Shown in pieces: positions 11,371 to 24,400 of a stretch of DNA of 64,000 nucleotides; the stretch's first letter is position 1, and each line of letters opens with the position of its first letter. The position numbers and the translations under genes are program-made. Location: assembly GCA_964016885.1 (NCBI GenBank), contig OZ024744.1:53754001-53818000 (forward strand), written 5' to 3'. Source of the DNA: Eledone cirrhosa. Taxonomy: Eukaryota. The notes beneath the pieces were generated by a model that did no database searches, was not told the origin of the DNA, and worked only from the letters and a program-made list of their open reading frames with translations.

Positions 11371-12792
11371 ATTATATTATATATCTTTCAATGTCTTTTT
11401 TTATGTGGCTTATATTGGCATAAAAAAGACATTTTTCATTGTTGATACCAATCTGGTGGTGGAAAAAGATGAAGTAATGTCCGTAACATTAAACTATAAC
11501 AAACACATACTAAGTAAGGGACATAACTATAAAATAAAATAAAAATAAAACGGCACATGCTTGTTAATTATTCTGATGTTTTAAAATATTTCTTTTATTA
11601 GTTGGTGAGAGATATATTGCTACTTACTAGCGACTTTGTTTATTATTACATAACTCACTCCAACGCACTTATACTGGTTGTCTGCCTAATTGTCTGATAA
11701 ATTTTATTTTGATTATTTCGCCAACTACGAGAGACAACTGCGGATAAGTTTCGATATTATTAGAACTTCTCCTCGAAGCATAAAATCCCCATATTTACCG
11801 ACGTAGGGATTTGAGAATGATTACTAAGTATATTGTATTCGTGTAGGGTAGATAAAATATGACATTTTTACCATTTTCGGGAAAATTGGAGGATAGTATA
11901 TAATGCAGGCGTACCACCAGTTTTCCGGTAACTGGTGGTCCGGTAACTCTTTTAATCTGGACTTTATTATGAGCTGATATTTTAGTTTTCCCTAACACAT
12001 CACACTAGTTAATTCACATTAGGCGGTCAGTGCGTGACATTAGATTACATTTTAAACATTTACACCTCCATATGGTTATAGTTGAATGATAGAATATCTC
12101 TGGCTTCATGATATATTTCTAGTGAAACATCTAGTCCAGCAAAACAGATAATCTGGAGCGGGTTCGAAACCAAAGTTGTTTCAAAATCGGTTGTATACCT
12201 GTATTATATTAATTATTTCGGTAAGTTACGTTGGACAACGATGAAGATGTTCCGATGTTATACTCCTCAGCAAAGTATGCACACAAGTGCAAATGTCAAA
12301 GTAACAGTGACAGAATCATCAAGATATACAAAATTGTACACGGGTTGGAATGACAAAACATCTATTTCACTATATCCGGAGGAATGGGGTTGAAACTTGT
12401 CAGCTAATTGATTGCTGATGTTGTTGCTATTTTTTAGGCCCAGGTCAATCTTGATAGAATAGATCTATGACCAATGGCATTCCAGTCATGACCATCTTCA
12501 ATTTTTCTTTGTTCAGTTAACTCAGGCCCACAATATACACCATTTACAAAAGGGTGTGATTTATGTTGGGAATTGGTTGATATTTCTAACTGGTAGAGCG
12601 TCAAAGTTCAAGCTAACTTCCTTGTTGATTGGTTGATATGGTATCCAACTTTAAGTTTCATAATTTTACACATAATACAAAAACAAACAAACTAACTAAA
12701 CCAATTACATTTACTGCTTACGTATATGAAGGATTAGTTTCCTCCCTACAATGTTGTGTTGCGCGTTTTAATGATAGGGGTCCTAGTCACGT

Positions 12793-12842
<50 letters not shown>

Positions 12843-13774
12843 ATTTAAATGACACCAAAGATTTAAGCCATTTTAAACTGACAACCGTTTCTGCCTGTGT
12901 ATGCTAACAGGTTTTTGTAGAGTTTATTAAATGCTCAGTATTAATTCACAAAGAAAACAATAGGAACATCCAATACATAAAATCATCCTACAAACTACAT
13001 AAATTTAAAAAGAAACAATTCAAAATGGCGATGAGGAAGATATATATGTTAATGTGAGAGAAGTGTATTACGTATAGATGTAGTGTTATTAAACGGTTTT
13101 CTATTAGTAATTCAAATGTTGCTATATATTATCAATAACAGTTTGTCATTGATATATCCGTACATATATAACTGAAGCAGTGCAATGTTCATTCTTGTAT
13201 ATTTGTTTTAAGGTATTGTTGAGCACAAACATTGGATACATATTTAACAAATTATACACGTGTGTATATTTACTGTGGAGATTATATTAAATTATTATAT
13301 GTAATGATACTCAGATAACCCCCAAAACGCTCATAAATACGAACTTAATTTTAAAATACAATCTAAGCAGTTTTTAGGTTGTTTTTACTATTACCACGAT
13401 AAGCAAGATATGATTGTAATAATTACGAACTAGATAAATATATTCATTCACTGCGAGGGTCATATTTAAGCAGTGAACACATGTATAATTATAAAGTATG
13501 AGAAGAAAATAAGGTGGGGTAAAGGAACGAATAAAAAAGAATAAATAGTTACTAAAGTCAAAGAAATATATGTTTAAAAAGATTAAAATGCATGAGTGTA
13601 TAAGTATATACGGTATATATAGACGAACAATTTCATCTATTGTCCTCTAGTGGTTAATCGAAATTTCAAAATAATTTTAGAGTGGTAATTGTTATATAAT
13701 GATTTTCTATCTATTATATTAGAATATACTTATCAATACTAGCATAATACGTAAATTGAAAAGTAAATTGTCTT

Positions 13775-13885
13775 CATTGGTGGCTAACCTAACCGAGGTA
13801 ACTGGTGATGCTCGTGAACGTCCTTGGTTGTTCCAGCGTGTCAGCCTCGCCATCACCCGAGGTAACGCTGCGAGCGCGCTGTTTT
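13775..13885 (+). mobile_element. CRE-like non-LTR 3' fragment (end of restriction-like endonuclease)
   Basis: LTEVTGDARERPWLFQRVSLAITRGNAAS matches the typical CRE C-terminal QRxSxAxxRGNA motif. Confidence 0.7.
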
Positions 13886-14132
13886 GCCTCATTGGATGGG
13901 TTTTCCAGTGCTCCTCACAATACCGTTATCTTTTGTTCTGGCAGCGTTTAATTTGTCCACTCCTTTCACTTGCCTTTTTCTTGTATGTCGTCCTAGATGT
14001 GTGTATACATTTTTTCCTTTCCCCGCTTCTTTTTTCTTTTGTTTGTAAAACAATAAAATAAAACCGCATTTGTAACGTTATTTACAATGAATACGAAAAG
14101 GGAGAAAACGAGATTAGCGATGGAAATAGTAT

Positions 14133-14342
14133 AACTGTTTCTACTTTTGGCACAAGGCCAGCAATATTTCCAGTCGATTAAATTCACCCCAGTGCGTGAC
14201 TGGTACTTTATTTTATCGACCCCGTAAGAATGAAAGACAAAGTTAACCTCGGCGGGATTTGAACTCAGACCATAAACGGCTGTAACTCTATGCTGCAAAG
14301 CATGGTGTCCGACCCTCTACCGATACTACCAATCCACCACCC
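14133..14342 (-). mobile_element. SINE family A
   Basis: Full reverse-complement copy. Confidence 0.85.
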
Positions 14343-15014
14343 TTGTAGTATAACGATGGAGATATATACACGTTATGATGTAACGAACGCTAATGGAAGT
14401 TGACATTTAAAAGTTTTAACAGAAGCGAATTTTTAAATAAGCAATACATTATATATATATTACTAGCTGATATACCCGGTGATTCCCAGGTATTTTATTA
14501 AAGTAACAATTTTTTTTATTTTCACCATTGAAATATGATTGCTAAATTAGGAATTATAACAGAATATTTGTTGTCGTTTGTTTAAAGCAAATCATGTAGA
14601 TAAAAATATTATTAGTTTTGTCCAGTGGTGATATTTTAAATACTCCTCCCTATTACAGTCAGCAGATAGAATGCTTTACATTTGGAAGAAGCATTAGGTA
14701 TGTTATCAGTGAAAAGGGCATGACCAAACAAATAAATTTAGATTTTATTTACCCCCCCCCCCTTTTTTTTTACAATCAAAACCTCTGAAATTCAAACAAA
14801 ATGTGAAGGCTATTTTAAAAAGCATAAATAAAATAAAATAAATAAATAAATTTACCGTTGGTTTATGAATGAAGGAATGAAGAATTGTCTTACTCATTTC
14901 TGTAATTCAGGAAAGTTTATTTAAATGTGTGTAAATGTGGTAAATATATACATATACACCAGAAACCAAACTCCCACTGTCAGTGCCTCCATCTCTCCCG
15001 ATCTCCCCATCACT

Positions 15015-15300
15015 CTCTATTATGAGCAAATGGAGGCCTACGCGCTGGCCGCCCAGTAGCCTCGGCAATCGCAATAGAGAATGGTGAGGGAGACGCACTG
15101 GAAAATCCATTCCGGCTTGCGAGACTAACTCCTGCGGGTAGCCAACTCTGTACCGATGGTGTTGAGTTGGGAGGTAGCCCTAGAGCCAAGGACACCAGAA
15201 GTCTCCATTGCTATGGGCTCAATAACAAATCTGTCGGAGAGCGACCGATATTTGCAGAGTTTACCCTCCTTGGCCCAAAGTGCGGCAGACCCTGCGTTAA
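15015..15300 (-). mobile_element. CRE-like non-LTR 3' fragment
   Basis: AGSAALWAKEGKLCKYRSLSDRFVIEPIAMETSGVLG (KxxKY..PxAxETxG endonuclease motif). Confidence 0.7.
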
Positions 15301-15583
15301 TTAAAATTTTTACACAGTCGCTTTCAACAACTTTTACCTCTATGGCAGTAGGATCTTGTCTGAGGGAGATTTGTTTTCTATTTCTTTTAGGTACACCAGC
15401 AGTCATAGTGGCTTCCATGACATACATACACACACATGCATGTGTGTGTATTTGTGTTTGTAAGACGGTTCGCTGTGATTTGAAATGGATTTTGCTAATA
15501 TTTCTAGTAGATGGAGGTGTCACATACAACCTTTCCTTTTTGCTTCATATATATGTATACATCATTATTTACTGGGATTGACG

Positions 15584-15888
15584 ATGGCGGTGAATTGGCA
15601 GTATCGATAGAGGGTCGGACGCCATGCTTTGACGCATAGAGTTACGGTCCTTGTCATTCTAAGTTCAAATCCCGCCGAGGTTAACTTTGCCTTTCATCCT
15701 TACGGGGTCGATAAAATAAAGTACCAGTAATGCACTGGGTAATTGCTGGCCTTGTGCCAAAAGTAGAAACAATTATTTACATTCTAGCATAGTTAACTTT
15801 GCCTTTCATCCTTACGGGGTCGATAAAATAAAGTACCAGTAATGTACTGGGTAATTGCTGGCCTTGTGGCAAAAGTAGAAACAATTAT
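15584..15888 (+). mobile_element. SINE family A with tandemly duplicated 3' half (15792-15888)
   Basis: Full copy 15584-15777, then repeat of gttaactttgcc..acaattattt. Confidence 0.85.
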
Positions 15889-15968
15889 TTACAGACACTA
15901 ATACATCAATATTAGTGTCTGTAAAGAATGATTGGAGAACTGCGTGTTTAACCCTAATATATAATGAT

Positions 15969-16155
15969 GTCAGTCACTCTTCAGTGCTACTGGTAACATG
16001 TAAACCAGTACAACCTGTCGCATGGTCGGGTCGTCAGCGACTAAACTGGCAACCCCACCAAGTTTACTTGGTGAAGAGGCTAATTTTGGACACCCTGCAG
16101 GACAAAAAACTAAACCTGACAAAGGGCGGAAGAACTCATAAGAGTCATCCAAAGA
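15969..16155 (+). repeat. Interspersed repeat shared with 61926-62120 (LINE 5'UTR-like)
   Basis: gtgctactggtaacatgta..ggtcgggtcgt..actggcaaccccaccaag..cctgcaggac..aaacctg in both copies. Confidence 0.7.
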
Positions 16156-16218
16156 TGTGTCAATATGTATATACACATGTACATATGTACGTGTATGTAT
16201 ATACATGTGTATATGCCT

Positions 16219-19200
16219 GGGGTGTCAGGGAAGAGCATGTACCTCTGTAGGAGAGGCTAGCCATGCCCTTTTCAGGATAGTTCGTCCTGCATTGGGTCCC
16301 ACCTGACACTCAGCTCTCACCTGTGTTCCCAAGAAGCTGTAGCATGCGACAGCGGCCACAACCCGGTAAACTGCCTTGGCTGGCTGGCCGAATCAGGTTG
16401 AGGGTAGCCGGACGAGTCTGAAACGCCCTGGTGAGTTAGATAGGGGGTGCCTACCCTTTCATGCGAAGAATGGACCCGGCGGAGTGAGTGGAGGAGGACA
16501 ACATCGTCCCAACAGTTACGAAGGCGGCGACAGCAAGCGGTGTGGAGCGCTAGGGCACGGCAGGGCACTACAGACGTCGTGGCCATCCACTGCAGCCAAG
16601 GAAGTCCCTGGTCGTGACGGTCCTCCGTACCACCGGATTCTGGCTCCTGCGGCCGAGTGAGTGGGACCGTCACTGTCCGCTGGCCCTCCCACTATAAGCC
16701 TTTCCCGCACAGGTTTCTTCTTTAGCGTGCACTCCCAAAGCCCTGCGGCGATGGGCGAGAGGTGGAGGTAACAGGTGGAGGTAACCTCTGGGATTTGCCA
16801 GTCTCAAACCCACTCGTGGGCGGCCTGGATGCGCAAGTCGTTCTCCTCTTGACCCTGGGATGACAGAGGAGATCAGGCGTTCCACCGGGCGACTGAGCAG
16901 CACTTTTCAGGAGAGCAGTGCTCACCCTCGCACGAGGTGAGGGGCGATAAAGGGAGCCCTAACCAAATGCGCGTCGAACACAAAGCCGGATAGTCTACCG
17001 CTGCTGGCTTTTTACCCTTCCAAGCAGTCGCAACCAACATAATAGAAAGAAGAACTTGATTCTTGGCGCATGGAATGTGCGCCCCCTCATGGATAGGGAA
17101 ACCCCCTTAAGGCCAGTGAGAGCTGCCCTCATAGCGAGGGAATTGGCTCCCTACCGGATCGACATAGCCTCCCTCAGCGAGACCAGACTCGCCGAAGAAG
17201 GATCAGTAGCAGAACCGAAAGGAGGCTTCATGTTCTTCTGGAAGGGCAATGTAGAGGACGAGGACAGCATCCACGGGGTAGGCCAGGCCATCTGGACTTC
17301 GCTCTGCAAGAAGCTACCAGACCTCCCAACACCTGTGAGTTAGAGGCTAATGAAGCTCCGCTTCCCCCTCGACTCGTCTCGGCATCTCACAGTCATCAGC
17401 GCGTACGCCCCCACTCTAACCAGCAGCGATGAAGCAAAAGACGCTTTCTACAGGGAACTCAACGCACTCGTGAAGAGCGTCCCCCATACGACAAACTCAT
17501 TCTACTGGGGAACTTCAACGCAAGAGTCGGGTCTGACAGCAGCAACTGGAGAAGCGTGCTGGGACCTCATGGCACAGGGAAGCTGAACTCAAACGGCCTC
17601 ATACTGTTGAGTTTCTGCGCCGAGAACGACCTCACCATCACCAGCACACTGTTCCGCCAGGCTGACAAGTTCAAGACGACATGGATGCACCCCAGATCCA
17701 AACAGTGGCATCTGATTGACTTTGCCATATGCCGCAGGGGGCACATCCATGACGTCAGAATCACCAGGGCCATGCATGGTGCAGAGTGTTGGACCGACCA
17801 TCGCCTTGTCAGGACCATCCTGTCACTGCACATCACCCCGTCACATCGCAAGACTCCGAAAGTCTGTAGGCCAGCTTTCGACTTTCACGACTCAAGCAGC
17901 CAGAACATCGTGATGCGTTCGCGGAAGTCCTGGACGGCCGGCTGACTGCTCATGGACCACTGAACGGAACCCAACTCAACAGTGGGACCAGTTCAGGTCG
18001 CTGGTGACAGAACCAGCCAAGGCAACCATCGGGCTGAAGAAGAGAGTCCACCAGGACTGGTTTGATGAAAACGATGAGCGCATCAGACAACTCCTGAACG
18101 AGAAGAGGATGGCTTTCACTGAGTGGCAGAATGACAGCTCCTCCACCTCGAAGCGCGACCGCTTCAAGCACGTCCAGAGGCAGTCCCAAGCAGTACTACG
18201 CAGAATGCAGGACGAGTGGTGGGAGAAGAAGGCCGAAGAAGTCGAGAGAATCGCTGACACAAAGAACTCCAAGATGTTCTTCAGTGACATCGGGGCCGTC
18301 TGTGGATCCCTCAAGCCTGTCACCACACCGCTCTTGTCTGCTGATGGCTCGACCCTGTTGAAGGAGTACAGCAACATCAACAGGTGGAGAGAGCACTTCA
18401 GCAACCTGTCGACCCTTCCGCCCTCGACCAGGTCCCACAGAAACCCGTAGTCGACAGCCTCGACCCCCCCCCCCACACACACACGTTGGATGAAGTCGCG
18501 AAGGCAATCAACCAGACCAGCTCAGGAAAGGCCCCTGGTAAGGGCGGGATTTGTGCCGAGATCTTCAAGTCGGCTGGTCCAGCTGCTCTGGGGGCCTTCT
18601 ACAGCCTTCGTCAGCATATAGGAGGAAGAAGAGGTGCCCAAAATCTTCAGGGATGCCACAATTTTCACGCTATTTAAGAACAAAGACAGCAAAACTGACT
18701 GTGGCAACTATCGTGGCATCTCTCTCCTGTCCATCGCTGAGAAGGTCCTGGCTCGGGTCATGCTCAACCGCTTCATTACCAACATCTCGGAGGACAAGTC
18801 TGGGTTCCGCCCAAACCGCAGTACGATCGACATGATATTCTCTGTACGCCAGGTGCAGGAGAAGTTTGTCGAGCAGAACATGGAGGACCTCTTTGCCGTC
18901 TTCATAGACTTGACGAAGGCCTTCGCCACTGTCAACAGGGAAGCCCTCTGGTCGATCCTGCCGAAGTTTGGATGCCCGACAAAGTTCGTGGACCTGATAC
19001 CGCAATGCCATGACGACATGACCGGGCAGGTGCGCTCGGGCGGAGAGGCATCGGAGCCATTCGGAATCACCAACGACGTCAAGAAAGGATGCGTGCTGGC
19101 TCCCGTCCTCTTCAACCTGTTCTTCACCTGCGTGCTCAATCATGCCGTCAGGGACCTCGAGCACGGAGTGTATCTGCGATACAGACTGGACGGCTCCCTA

Positions 19201-20120
19201 TTTAACCTGCAGCGCCTGACGGTCAAGACAAGAACCGTGCAGAGGATCGTCCTGGAGGCACTTTTTGCTGACGACTGTGTCCTCATGGCCCACAGGGAGT
19301 CTGACCACCAAGTCATCGTCAACAAGTTCGCGGAGGCCTCCTGCCTCTTCGGTCTCACAATTAGCCTTGGCAAGACTGAGGTCCTGTTCCAGCCTGCACC
19401 TGCCTCCGTCGCCCACCCTCCTTCCATCTCCATCGGAGGCACCCAGCTAAAGATGGTGGACGACTTCAAGTACCTCGGCAGTGTCATCAGCAGCGATAGA
19501 AGCCTCGACGAGGAGATAAATGCCAGGATCTGCAAGGCCAGTCAAGCCCTTGGCCATCTGAGGACACGCGTCCTGAACCAGCACAACATCAGGCAGTCCA
19601 CCAAGCTTAAGGTGTACAGGGCCGTTGTTCTCACCAGCCTCCTCTACGGGTGTGAGACATGGACCCTGAAGGCACATGCGCAGCCTGCGGCCAATCATGA
19701 ACATCAAATGGCAGGACAAGGTCTCCAACATCGAAGTTCTTGACATGGCTGAGACAACCAGTGTCGAAGCTATGATACTGAAGAGCCGACTTCGATGGGT
19801 GGGTCCTGTCATCCAGATGGACAATCACAGGCTTCCGAAGTAACTGATGTATGGGGAACTCTGTTCGGGGAAACGAAAGCGGGGCAGGCCTCTCAAGAGG
19901 TTCAAAGACTGCGTGAAGTCCAGTATCAACAACACTGGAATCGCCCCAAAACAACTCTAGTCCAATGCTCAGGACAGGACTGAGTGGCGAGCCCTTACCA
20001 GACGCGCCAAACCAGACCTGCAAGTCAAGGATCGGCCTCCACAGCCACCTTCGCGCCCACGGCAGACGGGAACAACAATGAACATGTCATCATCGTTTAC
20101 GATGGACAACCAAGTAGAAA
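16219..20120 (+). mobile_element. Near-full-length RTE-clade LINE, disrupted
   Basis: About 820-bp 5'UTR; GAWNVR, LSETR, SAYAPT, TWMHPRSK, TDHRLV (APE); NYRGISLL, FIDLTKAF, GCVLAP, LFADD, YLGS, LLYGCETW (RT). Confidence 0.95.
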
Positions 20121-21535
20121 GATATGTATACATACATGAGACAATAGACTGGGATATGTCTCTAACTTAAGTGCGGTGATAAACACTCATACACACTCAC
20201 TTGTCTCTAATTTAAGAACACCGAGACACACACGCGCATGCGTGCACACACACACACACGCTCACATACACACAGAGTCCCATTACGACTTTTCTGAAAA
20301 AGAGAAAAAGTAAAGTAACGTTAAGAAAGGAGTTAGTTAAGAAGCGTTTAAAAAAATAAATAAATAAAAGTTAGTTATCGAACTATGTTATCATTTTTCT
20401 GTTTTCTTTCTTTGTTTTCCCTAATCCTCCCCCTCTCTCTCTTTCTTTGGCTCTCTTCCTCTCTCATCCCCCTCTCTCTCTTATCCTCTCTCTCTCCTCC
20501 CCTCTCTTTCTCTCTTATTTCCTCTCTCTCATCCCCTCTCTCTCAGAATGAAGAACAAAAAAAAATTGTTGCTTCTTTTTGGAGGACTGAGTTGTGGGAG
20601 GAGAAAGGAGAGCAGTGAGAGGGATGGTTTAATGTCCCCAGGGCTTCCATTATTTTTATTGAAATCCAATTAGCCATTCCTGTTTCTGAATATTAGCTTA
20701 ACATGTGTATAAAGTTTCATCAGGATCTGATCAATGGTTTAGATGCCAACAGGTTACACACAGACCGACAGAAATTCCATTTATGTAGTAGATTTATGTT
20801 TAATCAACAGCTACGAAGATTAGTAGAAAAATTACATAATATTCATTCATGATTTATTCAAAGTAATTCAACTTATTTTAATAACGTGTTGTGAAAAATA
20901 AAACTGACAGTCTCGCAGTTCTCTAATTATTATATATTAGATTTGTGAATGGTTCTTTAAAAAATCAAATCGTTATGCGATATTTATAGAAAGAAAATGT
21001 TCATTGTAACATTAGTTTGCTTGAACAAGTGAAAGAATAATTTCAAAAGAATAAATTTAGTTAGGACAATTAGTAGAATAGGTAAATTAAATCAGTGTAT
21101 TAAGTTTATTAAATATAAGGAGTTGTTATTGACTAAAGTTGTTTTATTTATGGATTATATTAGGCTAATCTACTCTCTTCTCCATTATTCTATATAATCA
21201 TAGTTGGGCAAGTTTCTATCTATGTAGTCCGCATTAATAGAAATTGAGAATAAGGAAGTTATTACAAAAGTTAAGGTTATATATCTGGCCTTATTTAACA
21301 TTAAAAGTGTAGCTAATATAGTGTTGAATAGTGATGTGACTCAATCTAGATCTTGATATAGTACCAGCTATTTGGGGGGGGGGGGTCGTGGATAATATCA
21401 GAGTTAACTTGAAATTGAGGTGACCAAAGCCTATATATCAGTGTACTAAATGTATTAAATATAAAGGTTATAATTAATTTATATTATGGATTATGTTATT
21501 AAAATTAGTTGAGTCAACCATATACATTACTAAGG

Positions 21536-22815
21536 TTAATGGTCACATGCACAGCGACACCTGCTCTGTGGTGAGAGTGAAAGGTCACCTTTCGGAACCG
21601 TTCAACATCATGCGCTCGGTCCGCCAAGGATATCCCCTCTCGTCCCTTTTGTACGTATTGACTCTCGAGCCATTACTGCACAAACTGGAGACGTTGAGGG
21701 GGGTCGCGCTCAAACTAGGATGCGGAAGATCCGTGTCAGCATATTCGGAGGATGTCACGGTAGTGGTGTCGAACGCCAAACACATCGAGGCGATCGGCAC
21801 TACACTAAGAGAATACGAAGCGGTGACAGGAGCAATGATCAACCAGGAAAAGTCGGTGGGTCTGCAGCTCGGCACCTGGAGAAGCAGGTCCATGCCGTCC
21901 AACAGCGTCGTTGGGCGCTGGATGGACGGACCGGTTAAATTGCTAGGGGTCTGGTTCGGTCCGGACCTCGACACGGACAAAAACTGGGACGAGGTGACGA
22001 GGAGGGTGGCTTCTCTCACCCAGAAATGTGCAGGGAGAAAGCTATCCCTGAAAAGTCGAGCGGAGGTGGTGAATGCGTACATCGCGTCCGTCATCTACTA
22101 CCGCCTGACCGTCGTACCTTGTCCTAAGCCCCGCCTGACTGCGCTGGAGCTTTTTCTCTTTCGCTTTTTGTGGAAGGGACGCGCTCCGATGGTTAGGCGG
22201 TCCATCTGCTGCCAACACCCGCAACGTGGAGGGCTGGGCAAGCCGTGGCTGATGATGCGCAGACGCGCGCTCAGGCTACGACATCTCCATCACTTCCTCG
22301 GCGGTGATCAGGTGGGGTCGCCGTTTGCTAGACGCGCTTTCCCGGGCTCGTGTCCTTGACGGAGCTGCAGTCCTGGGTCAATGGAAAACCGAGAGGGAGT
22401 GCTTGGAGACTGGAATGTCTTCAGGTGCTCACAGCCCTCGACCAGTCGGGCAATGTGATCGGTGGAAACTCCACCTTGGCGTTCTATAGAGGATTAGTGG
22501 AGGGGAAGAGCGACGACGTACTTGGGGAACACTAGGCCTCGACGAAAATCAACTAGCCAATCTCTTCGGAAGAACTTTCGGGCCGGAGCCTATGGACAAT
22601 TTCCAGAAATCACTGGCCTTGCAGTGCTACCGAGGAGCTTTGCCAGTTCGGGATAAACTCTACAGGCATGGAAGTGCTGTCAGCCGGGCATGTCCGAGAT
22701 GCGCGCAGGGCGACGAAACCGTCCTGCACGCACTCGTCCAGTGTCCGAGCATTGCTGACTTGTGGGTTTATGTCGAACACCTGCTGTCGCGTGTAAAATG
22801 GATCCGGCTATCAGT
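21536..22815 (+). mobile_element. Tx1/L1-clade ORF2 fragment (RT C-half + Zn finger)
   Basis: SVRQGYPLS, AYSED, LLGVWF, GGLG, CPRC..ETVLHALVQC; homologous to 24673-25850. Confidence 0.9.
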
Positions 22816-24400
22816 CCTGATACCCCTGGCCGTTATATTGAGAAAAGTGAGAGCAGCATACAAGTTGGGAAAAGGAGAGCTTACCATCAACCACCTCCTT
22901 TTCATGGACGTTCTTAAACTCTTTTGGAAGAGTGAGATGGAGTTGGATGTACTTGTTGACACTGGCCGTATTTTCAGCAATGTATGGAATTTTGTATTAA
23001 TAAGTGTAGAGTCCTAGTGATGAAGAGGGGTAAATTGAGCAGAAGCAGCGGAATCCAGGTACCAACAGGTGAAATGATAAAGGAAATCGACACTGAAGAG
23101 GGATACACATATTTAGGTGTTCTGGAGGCTGACGACATCAAGAACAAAACAGTGAAGGAATTGATAAGATCGGAGTACATAAGGAGAGTAAGGAGCGTAT
23201 TAAAATCACATCTAAATAGTAGGAATATCGTAAGTGCAGTAAATTCCCGAGCTGTGTCTATCATTAGGTACAGTGCGGGAATTCTGAAATGGAATGTTGC
23301 TGAACAAAAAGAAATGGATCGGAAGACTAGGAAGCTATTGACTATCTACAACATGTTCCACAAGAGGAGTGATGTCGATAGACTCTACTTAAAGAAATCT
23401 GAAGATGGAAGAGGTCTTATCAGCATAGAGGAGTGTGTTCAGTTGGAGAAAAACAACCTGCACAAATACGTGAATGACAGTAGGGAGCCAATGCCAAAAC
23501 TGTACTGAAGGAGGGGACAATAGACCAGAGGATGTCCAAGGAGGAAATAACATCAAGGAGAAAGAGTGACCTTTATGAAAAATCCCTTCATAGTACCTTC
23601 TTTGAGAAAACTGAATTCAGAGATCCACAGACATGGAACTGGTTGAAAAGAGGAGACCTTAGCTACAGAAGGAATGCTAATGGCTGCGCAAGTGCAGGCC
23701 CTCAGAACGAAGTGGTTGAAACACCACATTTACAAGGAGGAGGCTAGCCCACTGTGCAGGATCTGTGGAGAGAGAGAGGAAACTGTGGCTCACATTGTAT
23801 ACGAGTGTAAACACCTAGCCCAGACTCACTATAAGGGCTGGAGACATGATGTGATGGGCAGGGTGATCCACTGACACCTATGCAAAGTAAACAATTTACC
23901 ACATTCTGAGAAGTGGTATGAGCATAAGCCAGAGTCGGTGATAGAAAACGATCAGGTGAAGGTGCTATGGGATTTTAGGATACAGACGGACAAGAAACTG
24001 GAACACAATAGACATGACCTGGTGGTTTTGGACAAGGAAAAAATATCGTGCCTGATTGTGGATGTGGCCTGCCCATTCGATACGAGTGTGCAAGAGAAGG
24101 AGAGGGAGAAAATTAACCGATATCAGGTCTTAAAGTGGGAGGTAAAAAGGATTTGGAACTGCCATGAAGTCAGAGTCGTCCCGATTGTCATAGGCGCACT
24201 AGGTACTATCTCCAAAAGTTTCCAGGGATGGTTAAAGAAAATCGGCCCCTTCACGCTTTTTGGAACACTTCAAAAGGCATGCTTGCTGGGAACAGCAAGA
24301 AACCCTCCGATACGTCCTGAATATCTGAGGCTGCAGGTAGTGGCTTGATTTCAACAAACATTCCAGTTAAATAACATCAATGACTGAGACTCGAAGAACA
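22815..24400 (+). mobile_element. R4/Dong-like non-LTR element, 5'-truncated
   Basis: INHLLFMD, YTYLGV, RLYL..GRGL, CRICGEREETVAHIVYEC, LWDFRIQTD, VDVACP, VPIVIGALG; ends in (AAT)n. Confidence 0.9.

Larger units (their letters stand above)
14461..20793 (+). mobile_element. Non-autonomous Helitron/HINE-like element interrupted by later insertions
   Basis: 5' actagctgatatacccggtgattcccagg; 3' tgtgtataaagtttcatcaggatctgatcaatggtt..cagaccgacagaaattccatttatgtagtagat; same terminal pattern as units at 39384-41254. Confidence 0.5.

Noticed and set aside
11560-13750. Possible host exon or unique sequence (ORF 11795-11998)
   Set aside because: No recognisable domain or supported splice structure; cannot be excluded without RNA-seq.
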